This document shows positions 23,744 through 34,730 of a stretch of 64,000 nt of DNA, piece by piece (position 1 is the first letter of the stretch; each line of letters begins with the position of its first letter). The notes beneath the pieces were generated by a model. It was given only the letters and a program-made list of their open reading frames with translations. It searched no databases and was not told where the DNA came from. Both the position numbers and the translations under genes were made by a program. The stretch comes from Entomortierella parvispora E1425 (Eukaryota; Fungi; Mortierellomycota): NCBI GenBank assembly GCA_020891255.1, contig BQFW01000013.1, forward strand, positions 930,001 through 994,000, written 5' to 3'.

Positions 23744-26256
23744 ATGGCTTCCAAGCTTCATGTTTTGATTGTTGGAGCAGGCATCGGAGGGTTGATGCTT
23801 GCCGTCCTGTTGGAGCGAGCCAACATATCCTATGAGGTACAGTATATTAACGCAAATTGGCTGGTGCTCTCGACTCGATGCTTCCTTCTCCACGCAAAAG
23901 TCCCAAAGAAATGACAAGAGTGTGTGTGGGGGGGAGAGAGAGAGATAAAAGGATTGTGTGTGGAGTCATTCCTTGCTAGTCTTAAACACAATCCATGGGG
24001 AGGAGCCATCTCTGTGTCCATGATCGCACTCCACGTTGTCTTTCGTTTCATTCTCTGCATATTCGACGATCCCTTTCTCTTACTCTAACAAACAATACAC
24101 ACACAAATTCAAAAAAAAAAAAAAAAAAAAAATAGGTTTTCGAAAAGACCAAGGAGAACAGGCCACTCGGCTCGGCCATCTCGCTCCACAACAGTCTGAT
24201 GGTCATCTTTGAGCAATTGGGTCTATACAAGGACATCCTGAAAATGACAAAGCCCTTTGGGGCCTTGCATCTTCGCAAGGAAGACATGACCATCTCTGGA
24301 AGTCTTCTCGCCCGTCCTCCGGGGATAGACTGTGCAGAGCAGTAAGTTTTTCCCTTTCTCTGTTTTGTTCTCTTTGTGTCTTTGTCAAGGTTTATTCTTT
24401 CTTCCGTTTGCCCGTGGAGATATGCTTCTTCGCACCTTGCACTGTGTCTTGTCTCCAGGAGTAAAGTTGGAGCCAACGTCTAACGACTGCGCGCCCTTCC
24501 TTGTTTTCTTTCTGTTCTTTTTTGGTTTGTCGTCTTGTCTCTTGGTCTTGAAACAAAAAAATAGCTATGGAGACTATAACAGAGTCATTGCTCGACCGGA
24601 CCTGGTTGACTTGCTTCTATCGCAAATCCCGGCCTACAAAATCCAATACAACAAACGTGTCTTGAGGACGAAACAAGATGATGAAAAGGTCATCATTACC
24701 TGTTCTGACAACATGTCGTACATGGGCTCCATTTTGGTCGGGGCGGATGGAGCCTACAGCAGTGTACGACAAAACATGTATGCGAACCTCAAGAAGGAAG
24801 GCAAACTGTCCAAATCGGATTCGAAACCACTGGGTTATAGTTACGATTGTGTAGTAGGAGTAACCAGCCCATTGGACCCGGCGCTCTACCCCATTGTTCT
24901 GGATGAGTACTGCGAGTTTGAATGTGTCCTTGGTAAAGAGAGCCCATACTCCGTAAGTCACGATGCAAAAAGGATAGTTACCCCTGGATGGTCACCTTTG
25001 CAATTGGTCAATTGGCTCGGCCGATCGCGTGAAGGAACCATATTCGGCAATGATCCCCTGACTTGATTATCCTTCTTCAACCATGCGTAGTGGTGGCTGA
25101 TGCCACTGACTGAGAATAGGATCGGATGGATGGTCACTCAGGATGTGAGGATGAATGGCACAGACGAAGACAGGAACTTTGGCTTTTCAGAGTGGGGACC
25201 CGAGGCTGCGTTGGACATGTGCAATCAGTCGCGCCATTTGCCTTGTCCGTACTATGGCACTTTTGGTGATTTGATCGACAGAACGCCCAAAGACCGTATT
25301 TCGAAAGTCATGCTTGAGGACAAGGTAGAGAGGACGCGGCCAAAGTGTCTAGAGAAAACTTGCAACTGCTATCCTTATTGGCTGACGGAGAGCGCGACGA
25401 ATTAACCAAAATCGATCTCTCCTTCCCTTGGACTGTGCAGTACTTTGAGAGCTGGTACCATGGACGGACTGTCCTTTTGGGCGATGGTAAGCCATGAGCT
25501 TTTTTTGGGCTGCTATGCAATCACGTTTCGTCCCATTCCAACTCCGTGCTTACCTCCTGCGCCTTCTCTTCATATTAGCCTGCCACAAGATGCAGCCGTT
25601 CGGCGGCCAAGGCGCAAACATGGCCATCCTGGGTGCCTTGCAGCTGACCAACCTGCTCTTTGACATTTACTCGACTTCGCAGGAAGAGATCACACGGGTC
25701 TTTAAAGAGTATCACCACATGCGTCGTCGTCCTGGAAAGACTTCTGTCGAGGGTTCAAACTCGACAGGGTCGCTCCTTCACAAAAAGGTAAGACCAAGAG
25801 GCAGGTCGTCCGAGGAGAAAAAAAGAGAACAAAAAAAATATGGATGCATCTTTGCACTGGGCGCCTCGTTTCAGTAATTGCGCCGAACTCCAAAAAAAGG
25901 TCCCTTTCCTTTCTCCTCGTGTTTCGTGTCCAATTTATGATTTACCCGCTTGGGATCCCCGACTGTGTTTATATTACCTCAAAGGGGCGAGTTTTCAATA
26001 CCTAAACCATCTCCACGTTTCTGTAATTTTGGATTGTGGCTACAAATAGGGCCCGATGGCGGACATGATCCGGCGCACTGTTCTGAATGCGGTGCCAAAG
26101 TGGGCCATCAAGATTGCCAGTGACAAGCTGAATGCACGTCGAGACCAGATCTGTTTTCTGCCTTATGTGGAGATGCGAGGGAAATTCAAAAAGAGTCAGG
26201 TCAACCCTCCGTCTCGGCGAATGATACCTGGTGTGGGTATCCCTCGTGCAGTGTGA
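23744..26256 (+). CDS. FAD-dependent monooxygenase (group A, FAD_binding_3; salicylate/zeaxanthin-epoxidase-like), multi-exon
   Basis: VLIVGAGIGGL (GxGxxG), LVGADGAYSSVRQ (DG motif), VLLGDACHKMQPFGGQGANMA (GD motif). Confidence 0.9.
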
Positions 26257-28451
26257 AGGCATCTCATTTCCCCTTCCTTGTACCGTCCGATCCTATTCTT
26301 TGCTTTTTCATGTCACCCCCCCCCCCTCCCCCCTTTCTACATAGATGAAATAAAAAAAATCTTTTTCCTCGGAAAAAAAGTCGAGGTCAGGACTTCTTTC
26401 TCCAGGTTTTTAGTTGGGCCCTTTACCAAGGGCCTATTTATTCATTTTTTTTCTCTTGCCCTAATTTGTTGAAAAGAAGCACATGGCACGTAGACACCCT
26501 CAATTGTGGTAGCTTCCCTCCTTTTCTGTGGTTCGTCCATCTCTTTGTTTAGATAGCGCGCAATCATTTGTTGTGTGAATAACAAAGACAGGCGCTAGGA
26601 CAGGCACAACAGCAAAGCACCACCAAAGAAAAGGAAGGACAAACATCCCAGGGCAAATGGGCTGGCAAAATGCCGGGCTGACCTCTCATCTCCTGTTATC
26701 TCAGCCGTGCGTTGGCTCTCAAAATTTTCGATTTTTTCCGTGAAAGCAGACAATTTTTTTTTTTTTTTTTTTTTTTGAGAGCAAGAAAATGTTGGTCGAA
26801 TGGGCCTGCTGCCCTTTCCCCTCCATGGCCACATTTCCAACGGCGAGAGACCAAAGGGGTTCTACAGTGGAGCTCTAGATGTATTATCCAGTGAGCAAGA
26901 GCTTACTGCTATCTCGCTCTCTAGACTCTCTTTGTTTTTCTGGAAGCACCGAAAGGGCAACAGGGTGAATGACCTGGATTTGATTTTCTCTGAGCACACC
27001 TAAACATTGTGGGTCATTTGTGTTCCCGGTCCATGATTTGTCCATGCAAAGCGAAAGCAAAAAAACCCTGGAGCTCTGAAATGGGCGGTTGCGCCGAAAA
27101 TACTCTTGTGTCCATTTACCATTTTTCCGCTCAATTGTCCATGTACTTTTACATGCACAACAGATGTCCATGCCCACATCTTTGCCCTGTTTCGGCAGAT
27201 GAACGGGTACAACCACGAGCGGGGCCTAGATGTGGGTGACAGGGGGTCCACAATATTAAGAGGATGAATATATTTCTGTTCAGTGAACAGAGTTGTAATA
27301 TGAACACAAGAACGAGGGTTCGACAGAAGAGGCGTGAGTTGGGAAAGGGACTGAGCTCGCCTTGGGAAAGAAGAAGTGTATTGGCTTTTGATTGCATTTG
27401 GAGGTAATAATGAACCCAGAAGATCGTACCCTCAAGGCTGGGTACCCCTGCTTTAGTGCGCAAATTTGGTTTTTTTTTTGAGAGTTTTTCCTCTCAACGG
27501 AATTCGGTAGCACTAAAAAGAACATGAGCGATGGTGATCGTAAGAGGACAAAGGGACTAACAAAGGCAAGGGACTAAAGGACTAGAGAAAAAAAAAAAAG
27601 TCCAAAACCATGGTCTGGTTTTTTGCACTACAGCAGGACGTAATCTCGGCAATTGCTTAAAATAAACATACGAGAAGAGTGAGGATCGCAAGACGTAGGG
27701 TAAGAGGCGGAGGGAAATGGAGCAGGAACCATGCTTCGTGGAAGAACAGGAGTGCGGTCAAGCGAGGCGATGACTGGTCAGAGGTCAGAGAGATCTATTC
27801 TGTGTTATTCTGTGTTGACAATGGACGTGAACTCATGAGGAATTCGTCGGCGCTGAGCCCTCTTTCACTCTGTCTCTCTCTCTTTGTCCCTTTTCAGTTG
27901 GAGAGACAGCGAGGAGAAGAGGAGAACAAAAGGAGACACGTCCCTCGACCAGGAAATCTAAAAACATAAAAATAAAAAAAAGTTGAAAACGAGAATTGAG
28001 AGCTCTCTGTCAGACACAACCCAGGAACGAGGCGAGCGAAAATCCAAGGAGCAGTTTTTTTGCTGCGTGAGGGAGGTGTTTCTATTCTTGTTTCGACCTC
28101 TAGTGCAAAAAAGCAAAGGGGCGGCAAATGACTTGTAGCAATGACGATGAGAGCAGGAGGCGCGCAGGACGAGTCCAACTGGTGCGCGAGCGATGGGCTG
28201 CCTTCTATGTTTCTGGTCCGCCTGCCTGGGATGGCCTTTATAAAGTGCATCTCCCCCGCCGTCACTCTTTTCGTCTTCTTGTTCTTGTCTTCTCTCCTCT
28301 TTTCCCTTCTCTTCCCCCCCATCCCATCCCCAGGCAGCCCCTTCCCTACTTCTTCAAGTAAACCCCATTGATCTTTCCTTCCTTCTCATACCCTTGTTTC
28401 TTTTAAAACAACCATTCACACATCAACGACACAACCACCTTCCTTTCAGTC

Positions 28452-29626
28452 ATGCTCATGAAAGCCACCCTCTTCATCGCGGCCCTCGCGGCCCCCACTC
28501 TCGCTTGGGAGATCGTTACCTGCCACAGGCCAGATAATTCGACGGCACAGAGAATTGTCACGTCCATCACGCCTAACGTGGGATTCTGCACCATGCTTAC
28601 TGGCAAGGGTATCTACCCCGTTGCACCCAATGAGGGATGCGCGGACGTCTATTGCTATGGCCCCGCGTCTGATTTGGGACCCCCTACCCCTGCCAACTAC
28701 ATCCTCAGCGCCAACTACGCTCAAACCGCCAACTACACCCAGGTCACCGGTTGCATTGACTCGGCCGTGTGGGATCAGAACCCCACAGATGAGGGTGGTC
28801 AGATGGACTCTCATGGCTGGCCATACTCGTGCAAGGGCTTCAAGAAGTTCGTTTCTTTGCTCGAGCCTGCCTCTAACACCTATTGTCTCCGTTGCTGCAA
28901 CGGTGACAATGTCGACACCGACTGCGACACCAGTAAGTTGCCCTTCCACCATCCCTTATCCACTCTTCACCCTTCTCCGTATCCATACCTCTCTCTGTTT
29001 TGCCCATCTTCCTCTTGCGCAAAATGACCCTGCCACCCAGCCCGATCAAAGGGACCCATTTATCTCCCGCTATTTTTCAATCTCCCCTTCGTCTGTCCAT
29101 TCACTTGCGCACTACGTCCTTGATTGGTGCCACTCTGTCCAACGGTCCTCCATTCTCGACAGAATGGGCTGTTTGATCATGTCATCCCTGCAGGAGACGC
29201 AACGGATTAGTGCAGACACAGAGACCGAAGCCCCTTTCCTTCATTCTAAAACCAAAGATAGCCCTGACTGACCCATCTCATTTTTTTTTCACAGGCCACT
29301 CTACCAAAGGATGCTGGAATTTGATTCCCGGTGATTACAGCATGAACGATAAACTTAAAAGCGCCTGCAAGCCCCCAGTCGGTGCCCCTGTCACCAACGG
29401 TACCACTCCCTCAGCTGGTGTCTCTGGTGTCCCTGCCGCTGGTGCCTCTGGCACTGCCCCCGGCACTGCCCCCACCAACGGAGCTTCCCCCTCCGGCGGA
29501 AGCGGCTCCTCCGGCTCCCTCCCCGCTGCCTCCAAGCCCTCCAGTGCCGGTGCCCAGACCTCCACCTCTTACAAGGTCTTGGGTGCTGCCGCCGCCTTGA
29601 CCATGGCCGTTGTTGCTGCCCTTTAA
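28452..29626 (+). CDS. Secreted Cys-rich, probably GPI-anchored cell-surface protein, 2 exons (intron 28933-29294)
   Basis: Signal peptide, domain with about 11 Cys (YTQVTGCID...DEGGQMD...EP...YCLRCC...GCWNLIPGDY), S/G/A/P-rich stalk and hydrophobic C-terminus. Confidence 0.85.
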
Positions 29627-30350
29627 ATGAAGAAAATTGTATGATCCCCACTTTTGAAAATAGAACCCTCCCCTCCGTTTTTGTGCCCTCACAACCTCCC
29701 CTCTTTGTTCTTCAAAAAGATACATTTTTTTTTTTTCCATTTGAACTGCTGCATGCAAAATAATTTGACTGAAAGAATAAAACATAAAAAATCACAAAAG
29801 CGACAATGTCGAGCGATTGATGACCCTATTCGCAAGCTCCTTTTTTTTTGTGTGTGTGTGAGAGAGATGAATGAGACATGACCGGACTCATGAGTTTCGA
29901 ATAGGGTTTTTGTTCATGAACACATTCCGGTGGAAGGACCATGTCTTTGAACAAGCCCAGTCAGTCCTGGGACCACTTGTGATGGACCCCTGGAATTGGA
30001 ACAGAGCCTTTTTTCGGGCGTGAGATCGATGACCCGGGTGAGTTGTGTCACTTGAAAAAGGTTTGACCCTGCCCTCGGATTTTTTTTATTTAATAAAATT
30101 CAAATTATTATGAGGTCTTTTGGATGCTGGCTATTGGCTCTGGTCAATTCAGTAGTAGTATTGACGGTGGAAACAGTTGCAATACAAGTTGGATGCAAAG
30201 AATAGGATTGAATAGTTGAATACAAACTAAAACAAGATGACAATGAGAATGACAAAAGTAATCCATGAAAGAGATATAGGCTTATCGACAGACAGAAACA
30301 AGAATGAAGAAGAAAAAAAAAAGGACGATCCAGGCTTGTCCTTTTTCTTT

Positions 30351-32443
30351 TTAGAAGTCGTCATACTTTTCACGGCTACGGTCCTTTTTACGTTGGACCT
30401 GTCTCATCTTGGCCATCTCGGCGTTCAGATATTTACGATCCACTCGATCCAGCTCCGCCTTGGCCTCCTCCGCGTCTGCGTAGATGCCCATCGCCGAAGA
30501 AGGTCTAGAGCCTGCACGCGACCCTGTCTTGGAACCGGGCAGAGGTGTTCCTGTGGCTGCAGCACGAGATGTCGAGGCAAACGTTCCTGAGCCTGAACCG
30601 ACACCAGGGGAATACAGGATTGCGGTGGCCGGCAGAATGGTATGAATGGTCGTGTTGTGAACAAAGTGTGTTTGCAATCCAGACGTCAATCGGTCACGGA
30701 GGTAATGAAGCTGAAGGATCTCGACTATGAAATAGAAGAACGAGAAAATACAGTGTCAGCAAAAAGTGGGCCTTTCTTTATCGGTATCCTACTACACGTA
30801 CAAAGACAGGACCAAAAAAAAAAAAAAATGCTTACCCCATCCGTCAAACTCTACATCATATTCTCTCAGCTTCAGAGACTCGGTGGGTCGTTCACTGGAC
30901 TCGACACTCTTCAGAATATCCCTGAAAGCAGACCGTCCAGCCGAACGTTCTTTCTTACTCCGATGACGACTCGAGTCTGTGGAGAGCGCGCCCAAGGCTG
31001 CGACCAAGCCATCCAGATCGTCATACCGGAAATCACCCGTGACTTCATCCAGATCCTCAGGATCGTCTTCATTGTAGGTCTCGGAGGCCTGCTTCTCTTC
31101 ATCGTCCGAGAACTCACCATCGTCTCTTTGTCTTTGGTAGTGTTCCAGGATCTCAAGCATCAGTGCCGTGGCCTCTCCTGCTGCCACACGGACCTCGACG
31201 GAGGGGTGCTCCAACAGAGTCTTGGTGGCAGGGATGATGTTGTTAAAGTACCGGCGAGCCTGCATCGTGATCGTCTTGGGTCCCAAATGAGCAAAGAGTC
31301 CCGCGTATAAAACACTGAAGGATTCCAAGGCTGCCGCCAAAGTATCTCCGTTCTGGAAAGCGTTTACGGAAGCTCCTCCAGAGATGGCGATTTCAGAAAA
31401 GAAGTTGAGGAGCTCATAGGTGGGCAGGTGAGAAGGTTGTGGCGTTGAAGAGATGAAGCACGCTGTTCCAAGGCAATGGATACACTAGTTCAATATGACA
31501 AAGAGTTGAGGGAGCGAGAGAGAGAGACATCATGGTTAGAAAGACGCCACTCGATCTCATATCGGACAATGAGCAGCAAAAAAACAAAAAGAGGTGTAGT
31601 CCTTACTGCGGCCTTGACTTCGGCCTGTTCATGGTTTGTAATCGTGTACTTGAGCAAAGGAGCCAAGTCGGTAAACATCTTTTCATCATCCTCGCCGATC
31701 GTAATAAAGACCAATGCGATCACTAAGAGCATGACATAATGAAGGGGGAAAAAAAAAAGTTAATGACCCCAAAGAAGCGTGATTGAATCTCCCTCCCTCC
31801 ACAAGACCAACAAATAAATCACAAAGAGAACGGACCATTGGCCGCCAGGACAGTCTCGCGCACTCCGCCCTTCTTGATGCTCTTCTTGAGCAGGTCCATG
31901 AGGTCATCCCGCTGACTGTCAAGAAGTTCGGCCGTGTATCGCTGTGCGAGGATGTTTTGAAGTTTTGACAGGGCATCTTCACGCGTGCTATGACGAGACG
32001 AGGCAAGGGGAAAAGAAGGGCGAATAACGAAACAGGGAACAAAGAAATGTGTCAGTTCGGTACATCTCAAAAGAGAGGGGCTATTCCGGAAACGAGTGGC
32101 AGCTCCTCCTGAGTGGAGATCCGAGAACGAAGAAACAAAAGAAAGAAAAAGAGACATACCTGGAGCGCTTTTCGTTCAGATCCTCGATGGCGTCCTTGAG
32201 TTGAGCCTCCCAAGTGAGTTCGGCGTGGTGAATATGGTCATCCAGGTCATCGTGGTCGTCTCCGGCATTGGAGTCATAGTCGCTGTCCTCGTTGTCAGAG
32301 TTGACTCGGGAGCCGGCACGGGAGGAAGGGCGAGAGGAAGGGCGAGAGGAGGATGCTGCGCCAGCAACTCGCTCCAAGTCCTGGTTCTTTTTCTTGGAGG
32401 TGGTTTTCCTCCGTTCGTTGGTGGGTTGTTTAGTTCCGTACAT
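30351..32443 (-). CDS. Interferon-related developmental regulator (IFRD1-like) domain protein, multi-exon
   Basis: LKDAIEDLNEKRS...STREDAL...DLLKKSIKKGG; SVEVRVAAGEATAL; STDSSRHRSKKERSAGRSAFRDILKSVE; C-terminal KMRQVQRKKDR. The exact start is uncertain. Confidence 0.85.
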
Positions 32444-32622
32444 GATTTTCAGTCCTTCCGTCTAGGGTTCCTGTTGCAGTGGTGGTTGTTGTTGCGAGTA
32501 AACGAAAGAGGGGAGAATGCACCACAGAGGGGGATTCAAATGGAGAGTGTGGGAGAATGGAATGACAAGGGAATGGAAAGAAGTAAGAGAGAAAGGACAA
32601 CAGGCAGACAGTCAACAAGGTC

Positions 32623-32623
<1 letters not shown>

Positions 32624-32671
<48 letters not shown>
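32624..32671. repeat. Poly(A) tract of about 48 nt (longest homopolymer in the window)
   Basis: Read directly from the sequence; it lies between the divergent IFRD and UPF0145 genes. Confidence 0.95.
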
Positions 32672-32672
<1 letters not shown>

Positions 32673-33146
32673 CGAGACCGTGCCCAGTCACGCTCCTTTT
32701 CCCGCGCACTTTCACTCGCTCTAGACGCGTCCCTCTTGCCCCATGTCTCCCTCTCTTGCTCTCCCCTTGCCCATGGTCTCGTTCTTCAGTAGATTTGGTT
32801 AGCTGCGGCCCGATCAAAAGGCAAGGCTGCGGGGTCAGATCGCAACCTTACGCGAACACCGACAAAGAGAGTGAAGATCAACCCTCTCGCCATGGACAAG
32901 ATCGTCTTTGCAGCGGATGAACATCTTGACAAGTTGACAAGTGAACAACTGCATCTAACTTGTCCTTCAAAAGCAAGGCAATACAAGACAGTGAGGCCGG
33001 TGGCACCATGGTGCCCGTTTGCATCGCCTGTCTGAAATCATGTGACGAAAAAGTCGAGGCCAAGAAGATCCGCGCGCCTCAACTTCCGGTTTACCAAACT
33101 GACACAGCCCAATAGGTTCGCCACCATCTCTTTCTTCATTCCCATC

Positions 33147-34279
33147 ATGGCACAGCCTGTCCGCTCCGTCGATCGTCGATTCACCACCACCGCCTTTGAG
33201 TTCCCTGGCTACTTCATTGCTCAGGCCCATGGTGTCGTTCGCGGGTAGGAATATATTTTTTTTTCCGGATGAATGCTCGTAAACTTGCACCCATGCGAAA
33301 GCATCAGTTTAAATGAGTTTGGATGAGGCCAGGGTCCACTAACCCAAATTCCCCTCGATACTTCTGTATGCGTTTAGTATCACCGTCAGAAACCCCAATG
33401 TAAGGAGTTTACTCTCGATAGCGAACAACAGCCCTGGCAATTGCAGACCCTGCAGAGATATGAGGGCTTTTTTGACCGTTGAGGTTTTCTCCCTTTTTGG
33501 ACTGATTTTTTTTTTTTTTTTTTTTTCAGGCTGGCAAACAAATCATTGCTGGCTTTTCCGCTTTCACCGGAGGTGAGAGTTCAACCTACATCGAGATGGC
33601 TGAAAAGGCTCGCGAAAGGGCGTTCTTGAGATTGTTGGAGCATGCGGCCGCAGCTGGTGGAAATGGTAACTGAGCCAAGACTTTACATTTCCTGTGAGGC
33701 GCAGGGACGAAAATTACTTTTTTGCTCACCACTATTTTTTTTTTTCTGTCTCTTCGTTCCGCCAGCTGTCATTGGATTGCAATTCACTGGCCAGGAGATC
33801 ATGGAGTAAGTCGATCGATATGGCTATACCTGTACGTGTTTTCCGATACTGACCTTTCTTGGATCTTCATCTCTTCTCCAACTCTAATAGAGGGTAATGA
33901 CCAAATCAGAGTTCTCTTTTCAGACTTCAAAAGTTGACGCGTTATGTTGGCACGATACTTTCCACCTCTATATACTAACATTGACCTTTTGAAATGTGCA
34001 CGATAGAATGACTGAGGTGATGGTAAGTTTGGGGTTTAATTTTCTTGTTCGGTAGTTCTCCTCAGGTCTTCACGTTCTAACTGTCTTCATTTCCGTCTAC
34101 TCTATATTCATTCACGCGAACCATCGTGACATCACCGCCCCCGTCGGTGCCCGCGACCGCACCACTCCCATCGGTACCTACCACAGTGTTATGGCACCGC
34201 AGTGACCCTTGTACCCTTGCAGCAGCAGCCTCCTCAGCAGCCTGTGTATGGCCAGCAGCAGCCATATGTACCAAAGTAG
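33147..34279 (+). CDS. UPF0145/YbjQ-family putative heavy-metal-binding protein, about 135 aa, 7 exons; not assembled by the ORF track
   Basis: Exons 33147-33244, 33378-33399, 33530-33665, 33766-33805, 33891-33893, 34007-34022 and 34187-34279 total 408 nt. They translate to MAQPVRSVDRRFTTTAFEFPGYFIAQAHGVVRGITVRNPNAGKQIIAGFSAFTGGESSTYIEMAEKARERAFLRLLEHAAAAGGNAVIGLQFTGQEIMEGMTEVMCYGTAVTLVPLQQQPPQQPVYGQQQPYVPK, matching YbjQ-family hallmarks (GVVRG...GG...AR..A...A...G.NAVIG...GTAV). Confidence 0.88.
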
Positions 34280-34730
34280 GAGGCAGAACCTTCTACAGAA
34301 AATATAAATAAAATGTATGACACCTCCCGTGTTGCCCAAGATGCAAGAGAACCGGTACATCAGAGGGTGACTTTGTAGGCTACATTGATAAGCGACGAGT
34401 CCATTGCGTCCGCTCTCGGACGTGGTTCCGCCCCCGGGGAGCACCAACACCAATGTGCAAGGAGCTGAAAGACCGTCCAGAACCTCGCCAGGGAAGAGCG
34501 ATCTCTCGAATAAAAAATAAAAAAATAATTTACGCCAGATGTGTCACGTGTAAATCCAGTCAGCGGACGTCACTGGGTCGACCTCGGCGGTTGGCAGGAC
34601 ACATGGGAAGGAAAGGGAAGGAAAGGGGACAGCCCCAGAACAGAAGAGAGACACTCTCCCCCGCGAACTTTTTTCTTCTTCTTTTCCCTTCATTCTTCTC
34701 CACATACACCCATCCCCTCCTCCCCTCTCC

